From a virus, in IMG/VR virus record IMGVR_UViG_3300005613_000008, positions 1 through 64,000 of that record: a DNA stretch of 64,000 nt; one strand, given 5' to 3'. A model generated the notes under the pieces. That model did no database searches and had not been told where the DNA came from. It saw only the letters and a program-made list of their open reading frames with translations. Of this stretch, positions 1 to 8,713 are shown one piece after another. A program made the translations under genes and the position numbers. Position 1 is the stretch's first letter, and every line of letters begins with the position of its first letter.

Positions 1-1
1 G

Positions 2-271
2 GTAAGTGCCTGTTTGTCTGTATACTCACTTCATTACAAACTCGATAACATCAACCAAGAAGTTGAAAGAGTTCAAGTAGAATCAATAGTATCATCAGGA
101 AAAGCAATCTACATGCCCGGTAGCGTATGTGTTATTAAGGCTACTTCTGATATTGATACATACAAAATGCGTGAATTTGCGGCTGCCTGTATCAAGTCAC
201 ACGATGAGTGGCTGCTTATCAATAATGGCAAAACTACTTACAGTAATGCCACAAAAGAAACTCAAGACTGA
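2..271 (+). CDS. hypothetical protein (possibly 5'-truncated)
   Basis: The frame of the 14..271 ORF has no stop back to position 2, so the true start may lie outside the window; no recognisable motif. Confidence 0.55.
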   Translation, partial: VSACLSVYSLHYKLDNINQEVERVQVESIVSSGKAIYMPGSVCVIKATSDIDTYKMREFAAACIKSHDEWLLINNGKTTYSNATKETQD

Positions 272-509
272 AGATCTCAAAATTGGAACACTTATTCGTG
301 ATGTCCAAACAGGCGATTTAGCGCTTCTCGTTCAAAGAGTTAATTTATTCGATTCAACAGATAATGAAGATTCACTTTGGATTTGGGAGTTAATTTGGAC
401 TGGACCCGCGACTGATTGTCATAATAGAAATACTCCTTATATTGAGGAATCTATTATTGGTCTCCTGAATAGTTCTGTTTGGGAGGTAATAAGTGTTGAC
501 GAATCTTGA
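246..509 (+). CDS. small SH3/KOW-like hypothetical protein
   Basis: In-frame ATG at 246 (MPQKKLKTEDLKIGTLIRD) is preferred over 129, which would overlap the upstream gene extensively; xxG[DT]LI start shared with neighbours. Confidence 0.65.
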   Translation: MPQKKLKTEDLKIGTLIRDVQTGDLALLVQRVNLFDSTDNEDSLWIWELIWTGPATDCHNRNTPYIEESIIGLLNSSVWEVISVDES

Positions 510-774
510 TCACTTGCGCGAAGAAGCTGAGCATGTTATATTGCAAGTGGGAGATTTGATTTATGATGTCCGCACCAAATCACGAGGCTTCTTAAGAAAA
601 AGAGAAAGAAGAATCGATATAATAGAAGATGACATTTATGTTTGGTGGGTTGTGTGGATTTCTCAAGACAAAGACAATGATTATAATAACCTCGATTACA
701 TCGAAGAAGAAGGTTTAATAATGTCAATTGTAATAGGGATAGTGAAACTTTATAGCATCAACCAAGGAGAATAA
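493..774 (+). CDS. small SH3/KOW-like hypothetical protein
   Basis: LQVGDLIYD motif; ends YIEEEGLIMSIVIG, similar to YIEESIIGLL of the upstream gene. Confidence 0.7.
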   Translation: MLTNLDHLREEAEHVILQVGDLIYDVRTKSRGFLRKRERRIDIIEDDIYVWWVVWISQDKDNDYNNLDYIEEEGLIMSIVIGIVKLYSINQGE

Positions 775-775
775 G

Positions 776-1225
776 ATGCCAACTTGGAACGCATACAAGG
801 TCTTTGCTAATGGCAAAAGAGCTAAGAATCCGCTTATGACATTTGAGTCAGACGATTCTTCACATTTTTATAACAGTATTCTGCCGACTCTTGAACCAAA
901 AATGCAAAAATTTGATTGGATTATTTTAAACACAGAATCTCCACAAGAACGAAAAGCAGAACAAAAAGAAGAAGTAAATCAAAAGTTTGAAGAAAATAAG
1001 ATTAAAGTTCTAAGCAAGCTCGCAAAAAACAAATTTCCAAAATATATGAAAAAAAATACTGAAGGGTGTTTGATGCTAAATGAGAATACTGATTGGAAAT
1101 GGGCTTGGTGTGTCGCAGAATCTGCTACACTAAATTTTCTTGGAAAACTATCACAAAATTTTGATACTTCTATGGAGGCAGAAGAGTGGATTCAAAATTT
1201 GGTTGGCACACAGCCCACAGGGTAG
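776..1225 (+). CDS. hypothetical protein
   Basis: 149-aa ORF, SD-like AGGAG upstream, abuts the previous stop. Confidence 0.75.
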   Translation: MPTWNAYKVFANGKRAKNPLMTFESDDSSHFYNSILPTLEPKMQKFDWIILNTESPQERKAEQKEEVNQKFEENKIKVLSKLAKNKFPKYMKKNTEGCLMLNENTDWKWAWCVAESATLNFLGKLSQNFDTSMEAEEWIQNLVGTQPTG

Positions 1226-1425
1226 GCGATCTGATAAGAGTAATAAATAAAACTTCCATAAACATGGATGATGTTGAATGTAAAATTGGAGATCTTGGAC
1301 TCATCATTAAAACGCCAAATGAAACAGATGGAATTTTATTTATTGAAGCCTATATGTTTAAATCACACAGAGTGCGCTGGTTTTCGCCTAGAGAAATAAA
1401 AATAATTTCAAATATAGATATATAA
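1186..1425 (+). CDS. small SH3/KOW-like hypothetical protein
   Basis: HRVGDLIRV...KIGDLGLII motifs; start uncertain. Confidence 0.6.
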   Translation: MDSKFGWHTAHRVGDLIRVINKTSINMDDVECKIGDLGLIIKTPNETDGILFIEAYMFKSHRVRWFSPREIKIISNIDI

Positions 1426-1453
1426 TCTTCTATTTATTATAGAGGGTTTGTAT

Positions 1454-1621
1454 ATGAACAAGTCCAATAGCTTTATCGCTTCTATTTCACTAACATGTGT
1501 AGCGATAAACATTGGGCTTTTTCTTTTTGCTGCTTTAACATACCAAAATGATTTACAACTTCTTACACTATTTAATGTTGCATGTTTTTCGTTGTATTTT
1601 ATAATAATGGATATTAAATAA
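1454..1621 (+). CDS. small two-TM membrane protein (55 aa, not in ORF track)
   Basis: Hand-translated MNKSNSFIASISLTCVAINIGLFLFAALTYQNDLQLLTLFNVACFSLYFIIMDIK; SD AGAGGG at 1441; its TAA overlaps the kinase ATG (TAATG). Confidence 0.7.
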   Translation: MNKSNSFIASISLTCVAINIGLFLFAALTYQNDLQLLTLFNVACFSLYFIIMDIK

Positions 1622-2781
1622 TGTATCAAAAATTTTGGAATCAATTCTTATCAGAAAGTGAGCCTACATTTAATTTAGATAACGGCTCTACTAGGCAAAA
1701 CCAACAGATAATAAACTTGCCAAAAAGTTCTGAAAAATCCGAGCCAAAAGAAGAGCCTGATATTTCCTCAGCAACAGGGGTGGGCGCTTATTTGCTGGAT
1801 AAAGGCTTCTATCCAGACAAAGAGCTTGGTAAAGGTTTGGATGGTATCGTTGTTGGAGCCACCAACAAAAAAACTGGACAAAAAGTCGCTGTAAAGTTTG
1901 TACGACAAACTACTAAAGGCGATATGAACAGAGAAGCTAAAAATTATAAAATAATAAAATTAAAAAGAGATAAACTTGGTGAGTTTGCTAAACATTTTCC
2001 TGTTGTTTATTCTTCTAAAATAGAACAAGTTCCTGCTGATGGGCAGCCTTTGGATGGGCACAAAATACCGACAGCAGTTATTGTAATGGAGCAGTTAGAG
2101 CAGCTTCCAAAAGAAGTAGCCTTGGGGCTGTTTCCAACATCAAGATTTACTAGTAGCCCAGAAGCTGTAAAAAGTCGAGACGAACGTATTTTTAAAAATG
2201 ATAAATTAATAGAAGGAATGGTATCCATGGCTTTTGCTTTTTTGGAAGATTCAAATGCTTGGACTCCGCATCTTTCTGTGGATGCTGAACTTGAATTGGT
2301 TCCACAAATTATAAGTAATTTTAAAAATCTTAAAATTTCTATTCAAGAACCTCCTGGGTGGGATAAAGTTTTCAAAAGCAAGCAATCACTTTTTTTGGCT
2401 ACTCTCTTCATGAAACTCACTTACGAGAAAATGGTTGAGATTGCTCCCAACGAAGATGAAAAGAGTCTAGTTGTAGATTACGAGCAAAACATAAAGAAGA
2501 TTCTAATGGAGATTTTCTACAAGGCTTATTCTCGTTCTGTTGTCTCAGGCGCTGTCCAAGGCGCGGCAGCACCATATTCTGCTCTACGAGGCATGGATCA
2601 GTTTTATGGTCAAGAGGGAGAGATAGAAAAGTCATTCCCAGAATCAATAAGCATTCGCAAAGCAATGAAGGCACTTGGAATGGAAGGCTTGAAGCCTTTT
2701 GATGTTCACTCAGGCAATGTCATGATGCGCCCTAAGACAAAAGAAATAGTTATTGTTGATCTTGGTAGGTTCAAGACATGA
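1621..2781 (+). CDS. protein-kinase-fold enzyme (Ser/Thr or APH/ABC1-like)
   Basis: Gly loop LGKGLDG, VAVK lysine, alphaC Glu (REAK), hinge IVMEQL, catalytic loop DVHSGN, DFG-equivalent DLG. Confidence 0.8.
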   Translation: MYQKFWNQFLSESEPTFNLDNGSTRQNQQIINLPKSSEKSEPKEEPDISSATGVGAYLLDKGFYPDKELGKGLDGIVVGATNKKTGQKVAVKFVRQTTKGDMNREAKNYKIIKLKRDKLGEFAKHFPVVYSSKIEQVPADGQPLDGHKIPTAVIVMEQLEQLPKEVALGLFPTSRFTSSPEAVKSRDERIFKNDKLIEGMVSMAFAFLEDSNAWTPHLSVDAELELVPQIISNFKNLKISIQEPPGWDKVFKSKQSLFLATLFMKLTYEKMVEIAPNEDEKSLVVDYEQNIKKILMEIFYKAYSRSVVSGAVQGAAAPYSALRGMDQFYGQEGEIEKSFPESISIRKAMKALGMEGLKPFDVHSGNVMMRPKTKEIVIVDLGRFKT

Positions 2782-3233
2782 AACAAATAATGAATGAATG
2801 GAGAGAATTCGCGACAAAACGTAACAAAAGAGAAGTTGGCTCTTGTGTCATTGTTGATAACAAAGATAGGGTACTTATTCTCAAAAGATCAGCCACAGAC
2901 GATTGGAAACCCGGTTGGTGGGATCTTCCGGGTGGTCACCTAGATGGCGATGAAAAACCAATTGAAGGTGCTGAGAGAGAGGCAAGAGAAGAGAGCGGCT
3001 TGACTGTGAGAAACTTACAAAAAATAGAAACCCTAAACATGGAAAGCATCTTCAAACACTTCTTTGTAACAAGAGATTGGGACGGAGTAGTGAGACTGGA
3101 GGAAAATCCCGAGACTGGCGAAGTCGAACACGACGATTACAAGTGGGTAACTTTAGAAGAGTTACAGGATCTTAAACAATCAATAGTCTTGGAAGCAATC
3201 GTAAAGAAGGGACTGAATATTGTTCGAGTATAA
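2778..3233 (+). CDS. Nudix hydrolase
   Basis: Nudix box GGHLDGDEKPIEGAEREAREESGL; EHDDYKWV C-terminal motif. Confidence 0.92.
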   Translation: MKQIMNEWREFATKRNKREVGSCVIVDNKDRVLILKRSATDDWKPGWWDLPGGHLDGDEKPIEGAEREAREESGLTVRNLQKIETLNMESIFKHFFVTRDWDGVVRLEENPETGEVEHDDYKWVTLEELQDLKQSIVLEAIVKKGLNIVRV

Positions 3234-3552
3234 TGCGATTTGTACTAGAGTTATTGATGGAGATACCATCGATGCGAGAGTAGACCTAGGTTTCTCTGTG
3301 TGGATAGAGTGCAGGGTGCGTTTAGAGGGCATAGATGCCCCGGAGACCCGTACAAAAAACTTAGAGGAAAAGCAGGCTGGCTTAAAAACCAAGGCTTTTC
3401 TACAGGCGATTATGGACGAATGCGGGCATAAGTTTGTTTTGAAATCTCATGGCGTAGGAAAGTATGGAAGGTGTTTGGGGACTATTTACGTTGACGGCGA
3501 GAGCATCAATGAGCGATTGCTTGCCGAAGGATTAGCCGAGGAATACAGGTGA
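3220..3552 (+). CDS. thermonuclease (SNase-like)
   Basis: RVIDGDTI, VRLEGIDAPETR, GKYGRCLG and INERLLAEGLA motifs; TTG start with SD. Confidence 0.9.
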   Translation: MFEYNAICTRVIDGDTIDARVDLGFSVWIECRVRLEGIDAPETRTKNLEEKQAGLKTKAFLQAIMDECGHKFVLKSHGVGKYGRCLGTIYVDGESINERLLAEGLAEEYR

Positions 3553-5534
3553 AACTTTTGATGGAAAACTGGTATAGGTTCCTTGCAGAAGGAGGCAACG
3601 TTTTCAAGGGTGAAGCCGTTGGACCTATTCCGCTTGCGTCTATCCAGCCCACACTAGAACAATACTATGAAGAGTTATCGCGACTCTTCCCACAGCACAC
3701 ATCTAAGTTTTCCAACTTTACTCCATTAGGCTCTGTCGGTAAGAAAGCCAAGTCTGGCGACATTGATTTAGCTGTTGATGTTGAGGAAATGTTCCCACAA
3801 GGCAAGGTGACCGACGAAGACTTGCAAAGTTGGAACCTTGACCCTGCCGCATGGCGTGCAACCTATGAGAAGATGGTCAAGCGCGCTAGAATAGCCAAGC
3901 CAGCAGAGGTGGAGCTTCGTGCATTCTTGTATGAGATAGCAAAATACATTGGCGAGAACTCGCAGATAATCAAGACAGACCTAAAGAAAGTTCGTCCCGG
4001 TCAAATGTTCTCTCTATTTCCTCAAATCTCAGAGACTGGCGAACAACAAGATGTTGGTGTCCAGATAGATTGGATGATGGGAAACCGAAACTGGCTCAAG
4101 TTCTCCTACTTCTCGCCAGATCCCACAGAATCTCAGCCACTCTTGAAGGGGCTACACAGAACTCAGCTACTTTTGGCTATGTTTTTGGCGAAAGACCACT
4201 CGTTCAAGCATGTCGGTGGAGTTTTTGACCGCAAGACAGGCAAAAAGGTGGCTCACAGCCCCGCAGAGGCTATGAGACTGCTTGGAAAACTCTATTCGTC
4301 CAATGTGTCGCCTGAAATTTTTAATAGATTTGAGAGCGCGCTAGAGTGGTTAATGGACAATGCGTCAGAAGAAGATAGAAATAGAGCACTTGATGCTTAT
4401 TTAACAATTCTTGACCGCACAGCGGGTAACAAAGAGACCTTACCAAGCGGAGAAGAAAACCGATGCGGTTACATCCCACAAGAGTTGGAAGACTATTGGC
4501 TTCAAAACTGGAAGCGTCTTGGATTGAAGGGTAGCATTCTTTGTAAAACTGCGAATGATAGGCTCAGGGCGGCAGTTGAAAATGGAATGCTCGAAGAAGC
4601 AGTCACACCACGCATTGCAAACCTTGGAAATGCTGACATTGTAGCCTTAATTGATCTAATTCTTGGCAAAGAATCTGTTTTAGATGTGTCGGAGAAGCTA
4701 GCAGGACAAAATCTATCCGTCATTATAGATAGAGGCAATGTCTACACCAAATATAAGCAGCAACCAGACTTTATATATGCGCGCGAGCCGTTCAAATCTA
4801 TTTTTGCAAGGCACGAAGGTGATGGTAAATATACTTTTGAGATGATTTCTCCAGATGATCGTCCAGATTACGTCAATTATTTGACTGACAACACTATTTT
4901 TGTGGATTTTTCTGGACGGCTCACACCAGAAATGGCAAAATCTTTGTCCAATGACCAATATACTTTTATGACAAAGGGTCAGATCCGTCGCAATCAGTTC
5001 GATCTAACCGACGAACAGCGTCAAGAGTTGGTTGGTTTGCGTTCGAGAGCAGAAGGAAAACTTAGAAGTCATGATAAAAAAGAGATTGCGGAGCGTATCA
5101 AGGCAATTATCCTGTCTCCAAACGTCCAATCTGTTCTAGGTGGCGGAATTGAAGGGCTTTATGTCACTGGTGGAGAGAAGGATTTCAAGATTCCCAACCC
5201 AACCTACCAGAATTTACAGAAATTACAAGCTGGAATCTATGCTGTGCTCTCCGGTAGAGGAGGAATTCCCAAGAAAGTCGTCAAACAACGTATAATTGAC
5301 GGCGACGATAGCGATAGAATAATCCAAGACCTCCGCAGATTCCTATCATTTGCCCAAAACGACATACCTGTAGGCTATAGAATGTTTATTAGTCCCGAAG
5401 AAGCCATGGAACTTCTATCAAAGATGGATTCACCCGAAGGAAGAGAGCAAGTCTATGTATTTTTCAATAAGAGAATCAAGCAAAAAAAGAACTGGTATTC
5501 TCCTGAACAGCTTGAAGAAGCCAAGAAAGTATAA
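3549..5534 (+). CDS. Pol-beta-type nucleotidyltransferase fused to an ATP-dependent (RNA) ligase-like domain
   Basis: N-half LGSVGKKAKSGDIDLAVD (GS...DxD) plus VQIDW third Asp; C-half SEKLAGQN (KxDG-like motif I), EGLYV (motif IV), DFKI (motif V). Confidence 0.65.
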   Translation: MKLLMENWYRFLAEGGNVFKGEAVGPIPLASIQPTLEQYYEELSRLFPQHTSKFSNFTPLGSVGKKAKSGDIDLAVDVEEMFPQGKVTDEDLQSWNLDPAAWRATYEKMVKRARIAKPAEVELRAFLYEIAKYIGENSQIIKTDLKKVRPGQMFSLFPQISETGEQQDVGVQIDWMMGNRNWLKFSYFSPDPTESQPLLKGLHRTQLLLAMFLAKDHSFKHVGGVFDRKTGKKVAHSPAEAMRLLGKLYSSNVSPEIFNRFESALEWLMDNASEEDRNRALDAYLTILDRTAGNKETLPSGEENRCGYIPQELEDYWLQNWKRLGLKGSILCKTANDRLRAAVENGMLEEAVTPRIANLGNADIVALIDLILGKESVLDVSEKLAGQNLSVIIDRGNVYTKYKQQPDFIYAREPFKSIFARHEGDGKYTFEMISPDDRPDYVNYLTDNTIFVDFSGRLTPEMAKSLSNDQYTFMTKGQIRRNQFDLTDEQRQELVGLRSRAEGKLRSHDKKEIAERIKAIILSPNVQSVLGGGIEGLYVTGGEKDFKIPNPTYQNLQKLQAGIYAVLSGRGGIPKKVVKQRIIDGDDSDRIIQDLRRFLSFAQNDIPVGYRMFISPEEAMELLSKMDSPEGREQVYVFFNKRIKQKKNWYSPEQLEEAKKV

Positions 5535-5622
5535 AAAAAGCATAAACTGCTCTAGTCCAAAAAGTTTTAGCCAGAAACAATATTGCAAAAGACAAAAGCG
5601 TGGCGGTAGTTACAAGCCCTAA
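5521..5622 (+). CDS. cryptic basic two-Cys peptide in the +1 frame (PRKYKKSINCSSPKSFSQKQYCKRQKRGGSYKP)
   Basis: Hand translation; fills the intergenic gap up to the next promoter-like motif; either TTG start at 5512 (no clear SD) or a frameshifted extension of the upstream gene. Confidence 0.5.
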   Translation, partial: PRKYKKSINCSSPKSFSQKQYCKRQKRGGSYKP

Positions 5623-5651
5623 CTAGTTAATTCGTAATGGAGGGCTTTACA

Positions 5652-5963
5652 ATGCCTGAACAAAACTACAATCAGCTAGTATTAGCACAATTACAATCCC
5701 TTTCACAAGGAGTTGAACTCCTTACTAAAGATTTACAATCAGTTAAACAAGATATAATTGAGATTAAAGCAAAAGAAGATAAGGTAATAGAGCTTCGTGA
5801 GTGGAAACAAAAAATCGATGAAGTTGCTTCTCCAACTCAATTATCTAAATTTGTTCAAGATATTCAAGATTTGAATAACTTTAAAACAAAAGCAGTAACA
5901 ATCTTTGCTGTTGTACAATTTGGAATGGGTGTTGTTTTATTTGCTATGAACTTTATTGATTGA
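5652..5963 (+). CDS. coiled-coil protein with C-terminal TM helix
   Basis: SD GGAGGG precedes ATG 5652 (MPEQNY); heptad-rich body; TIFAVVQFGMGVVLFAM tail. Confidence 0.75.
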   Translation: MPEQNYNQLVLAQLQSLSQGVELLTKDLQSVKQDIIEIKAKEDKVIELREWKQKIDEVASPTQLSKFVQDIQDLNNFKTKAVTIFAVVQFGMGVVLFAMNFID

Positions 5964-5987
5964 CATTATTTTAAAACATGTTAAATT
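5960..5987 (+). promoter_or_regulatory. sigma70-type promoter
   Basis: TTGACA (5960-65), 16 nt, TGn-TAAATT (5982-87); SD AGGAG before ATG 6006. Confidence 0.65.
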
Positions 5988-6005
5988 AATAACATAGGAG
6001 CCATC

Positions 6006-6269
6006 ATGATAGAACTTGGTGATTATGTAGGGCAAAGACACCCAGTTGATAAGTTTTTTTTAAAAAAAGGTATCGTTGTAGAGTCTAAAAGCAACTCATT
6101 TGTGGTTCAATGGCTCAGTTACAGCAAAGATTTCTTCTTGGATTTCAAAGGAGAGGTGTTTGAAGAACTTAATAATCGCTATTTACTAACGAAGATGTCT
6201 TATTCTAGAGCAAATAAAAAGGTAGACATCGTTATTTTAAATAAAGCAGGTGTAAATGGCGTGGGATGA
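6006..6269 (+). CDS. small SH3/KOW-like hypothetical protein
   Basis: IELGDYV start, KGIVVE strand. Confidence 0.7.
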   Translation: MIELGDYVGQRHPVDKFFLKKGIVVESKSNSFVVQWLSYSKDFFLDFKGEVFEELNNRYLLTKMSYSRANKKVDIVILNKAGVNGVG

Positions 6270-6543
6270 TTTAGATGTTGACAGAATTGAACAAGTTATT
6301 CGTCAAATAACTGGTAAAAAGATTGATAAAACAAAAGAAATAATCAATCCTGCAATCATTAAAGGTGTGGGTGTCCTTTATCTGTGGGCTCCAACAAAAA
6401 AAACACTTATAAAAATTAATAGAGGCATCCAAGTTTACATAATCAGCTATGATATGGATGAAAAAGACAGAATTTTGATATATGATGGCTATAATCTACT
6501 TGCTATCCACCCAGATGAGATAGAAGAGATAGGGTTTAACTAA
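6256..6543 (+). CDS. hypothetical protein
   Basis: 95-aa ORF overlapping the previous stop. Confidence 0.7.
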   Translation: MAWDDLDVDRIEQVIRQITGKKIDKTKEIINPAIIKGVGVLYLWAPTKKTLIKINRGIQVYIISYDMDEKDRILIYDGYNLLAIHPDEIEEIGFN

Positions 6544-6544
6544 A

Positions 6545-6697
6545 ATGTTGTTTACATTCGGCAAAATTTGGAAAATTTTACTTACTCTCGTAGCATTCTG
6601 GCTATTTTATGCTTTCTTTGGCTACGAAATAGCGGTTATTACTGCTTTAGGATGTATTTTAGGGTCTTTTTGGACTACAAGTACCCATTTATTCTAA
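6545..6697 (+). CDS. small two-TM membrane protein (50 aa, not in ORF track)
   Basis: Hand-translated MLFTFGKIWKILLTLVAFWLFYAFFGYEIAVITALGCILGSFWTTSTHLF; starts 1 nt after the upstream stop. Confidence 0.65.
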   Translation: MLFTFGKIWKILLTLVAFWLFYAFFGYEIAVITALGCILGSFWTTSTHLF

Positions 6698-6732
6698 ATA
6701 ATACAATTTTTATTGCTATTTATCTATGAATA

Positions 6733-6993
6733 ATGGAAAATAAAAATATTTTTGGTGAAATAACAGCAAAAAACATCAAAGTTGGCGATATTGTTGCTTG
6801 GTCTAAGTGGAATTCTGATAATTCTGACTGGATTCAGCATCTTGGAGTCGTTTTAGAGGTAAAAAATACCATTTTTTCTGACAGAATGATATGTGTAACC
6901 ACTGTTTTACCCATAAAAGAGCCTAAAATACCATTAGAATTGTTTACTTTTTCCCTAAAATTAGTGTCTTCAGCAGAAGAAAAAGAGGTATAA
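6733..6993 (+). CDS. small SH3/KOW-like hypothetical protein
   Basis: IKVGDIVAW...HLGVVLEV motif. Confidence 0.72.
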   Translation: MENKNIFGEITAKNIKVGDIVAWSKWNSDNSDWIQHLGVVLEVKNTIFSDRMICVTTVLPIKEPKIPLELFTFSLKLVSSAEEKEV

Positions 6994-6994
6994 A

Positions 6995-7327
6995 ATGGAT
7001 ATTATAGACCACATAGCAATAAAGGTTTCTGACCTAAAACTAGCAGAAACATGGTATTTGGGTCATCTTCATGCCGAAATCACCTTCAGAGACGAGAAAT
7101 ATATCCGTTTGAAGGTCGGTAACACAAACATAGCTCTTATAGACGAGAAATTCTATCCACATGAGCATATTGGAATCCTTGTGGAGAACTATGAAGACCT
7201 ACCTGACTTTGGACAGCGTGTTCAACATCGTGATGGGACTGTTGGTGTATATGTTAAAGACCCATTTGGTAACTACTTAGAATATATTTGGTACTCTCCA
7301 GAACAAAGTGAGACATTTCTCAAATGA
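6995..7327 (+). CDS. glyoxalase/VOC-family protein
   Basis: IDHIAIKVSDL, HEHIGILV and YVKDPFGNYLE motifs. Confidence 0.88.
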   Translation: MDIIDHIAIKVSDLKLAETWYLGHLHAEITFRDEKYIRLKVGNTNIALIDEKFYPHEHIGILVENYEDLPDFGQRVQHRDGTVGVYVKDPFGNYLEYIWYSPEQSETFLK

Positions 7328-8193
7328 AAGACATCCTGCAACCCCTATTTAAACAGTTTATGCCATTTGCTCAAAAGAGAATGGGATTCAACAAACCGCC
7401 AAGGGTGTTCTTGCGAGATGACCATGAGAATGCTCAAAATCCATTGGGCAAGACTGCTTATTACGACCCAGAGCAGATGTCAGTTACACTTTACATCAAT
7501 GGGCGACACCCGAAAGATATTATGCGCTCTCTATCTCATGAGTTAGTGCATCACACACAGAACTGTAATGGTCAGTTTGACCACGTTGGTGAAATGGGAG
7601 AAGGCTATGCCCAAAATGATGAACATCTCCGTGAAATGGAGAGGCAAGCTTATGAACAAGGCAATTTGTGCTTTCGAGATTGGGAGGATAGCATAAAGGG
7701 CACTATTTACAATGAATCTTTGCAGAAAGGAGCAAAAACTAATATGTCTACTAAAGATTGGAAGAATAGAGAGCTACCAACTCTTCTAACAGAGAAGTGG
7801 GGCTTTTCATTTAATCTTCTTACTGAGTCTCAAGATGAAGAGGCACTCAATGAAGAGGAAGAAGAGATTGAGGAAGGTCAGTCTTCTTCTAGCCGCGAAC
7901 TAACCCCAGATCGTGAACAAAACGATGATCGTCGTTCTTCTACCAAAACTCGTCCAATGGAAGAGGGTGAAGATAAAAAGCCAGACGAAGATGGCGATGG
8001 TGTTCCAGACTATGCCGATAAAAAGCCCGGCAAAGATGATAACGAAGAAAAAGAAGAGAAGTCCGACAAAGATATGTCTAAGGTACCACCCCAGCTTCGT
8101 AAACATGTCAAGGGCAAGATGGATGAAGCTCAGATTCGTCAGCTAATCCGCAAACTTGTAAAAGAAGCAATGATCAAAAAGGAGACCAAGTAA
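7324..8193 (+). CDS. HExxH zinc-metalloprotease-like protein with acidic tail and TSP3-like Ca-binding motif
   Basis: SLSHELVHH, downstream ERQAYE; tail DEDGDGVPDYAD. Confidence 0.7.
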   Translation: MKDILQPLFKQFMPFAQKRMGFNKPPRVFLRDDHENAQNPLGKTAYYDPEQMSVTLYINGRHPKDIMRSLSHELVHHTQNCNGQFDHVGEMGEGYAQNDEHLREMERQAYEQGNLCFRDWEDSIKGTIYNESLQKGAKTNMSTKDWKNRELPTLLTEKWGFSFNLLTESQDEEALNEEEEEIEEGQSSSSRELTPDREQNDDRRSSTKTRPMEEGEDKKPDEDGDGVPDYADKKPGKDDNEEKEEKSDKDMSKVPPQLRKHVKGKMDEAQIRQLIRKLVKEAMIKKETK

Positions 8194-8462
8194 TGGGTAA
8201 GAAATGGAAAAGACTATTAGTTCAACGCAGAGCTAATGGTAGAGTTGATATGCCTACGGTGCGTTCAGAGCCAGTTGTTTCTAACTCTGAGATGATTGAA
8301 AAATTGGAAGTTGTTTCCCCAACAACAGAACCGGAACCGGAAGTTATTGAAGAAGTTATTTCTTCTGAACCCGAAGTTGTTGAAGAAGAGTCAGTTACAG
8401 AGGCACCAAAACCAAAGCGCCGACGTTCTACTCGCTTTAAAAAGAGTACAAGTGAGGCTTGA
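8193..8462 (+). CDS. low-complexity protein (basic-acidic-basic)
   Basis: TAATG coupling; Glu/Pro-rich centre, KPKRRRSTRFKK end. Confidence 0.65.
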   Translation: MGKKWKRLLVQRRANGRVDMPTVRSEPVVSNSEMIEKLEVVSPTTEPEPEVIEEVISSEPEVVEEESVTEAPKPKRRRSTRFKKSTSEA

Positions 8463-8704
8463 TGATGTCAAAATGGCATGATTTTCTTGATGGAAAAGAA
8501 CTTAGAAAAGACCTTGAGAGCATTTTAGAGAACATAGAAGCAGAACTCAAGGAGCTTAAAGCTCGTTCTTTGACAGAAGAAGCCAGATTATCATCTATTA
8601 GAGATAACTTAACCGAAGCTAGACTAAAAGTCAAGAGACTAAAGCACGAAAATTCTATTTTAAAAAATAAAGTCTCCATACTTGAGGAAGACTTAGACCT
8701 GTAG
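8459..8704 (+). CDS. coiled-coil hypothetical protein
   Basis: Leu/Glu/Lys heptads; overlaps the previous stop. Confidence 0.65.
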   Translation: MMMSKWHDFLDGKELRKDLESILENIEAELKELKARSLTEEARLSSIRDNLTEARLKVKRLKHENSILKNKVSILEEDLDL

Positions 8705-8713
8705 GAGACTTTT

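Noticed and set aside
1408-1644. 78-aa minus-strand ORF
   Set aside because: A + strand 55-aa membrane ORF with an SD and stop-start coupling explains the interval better.
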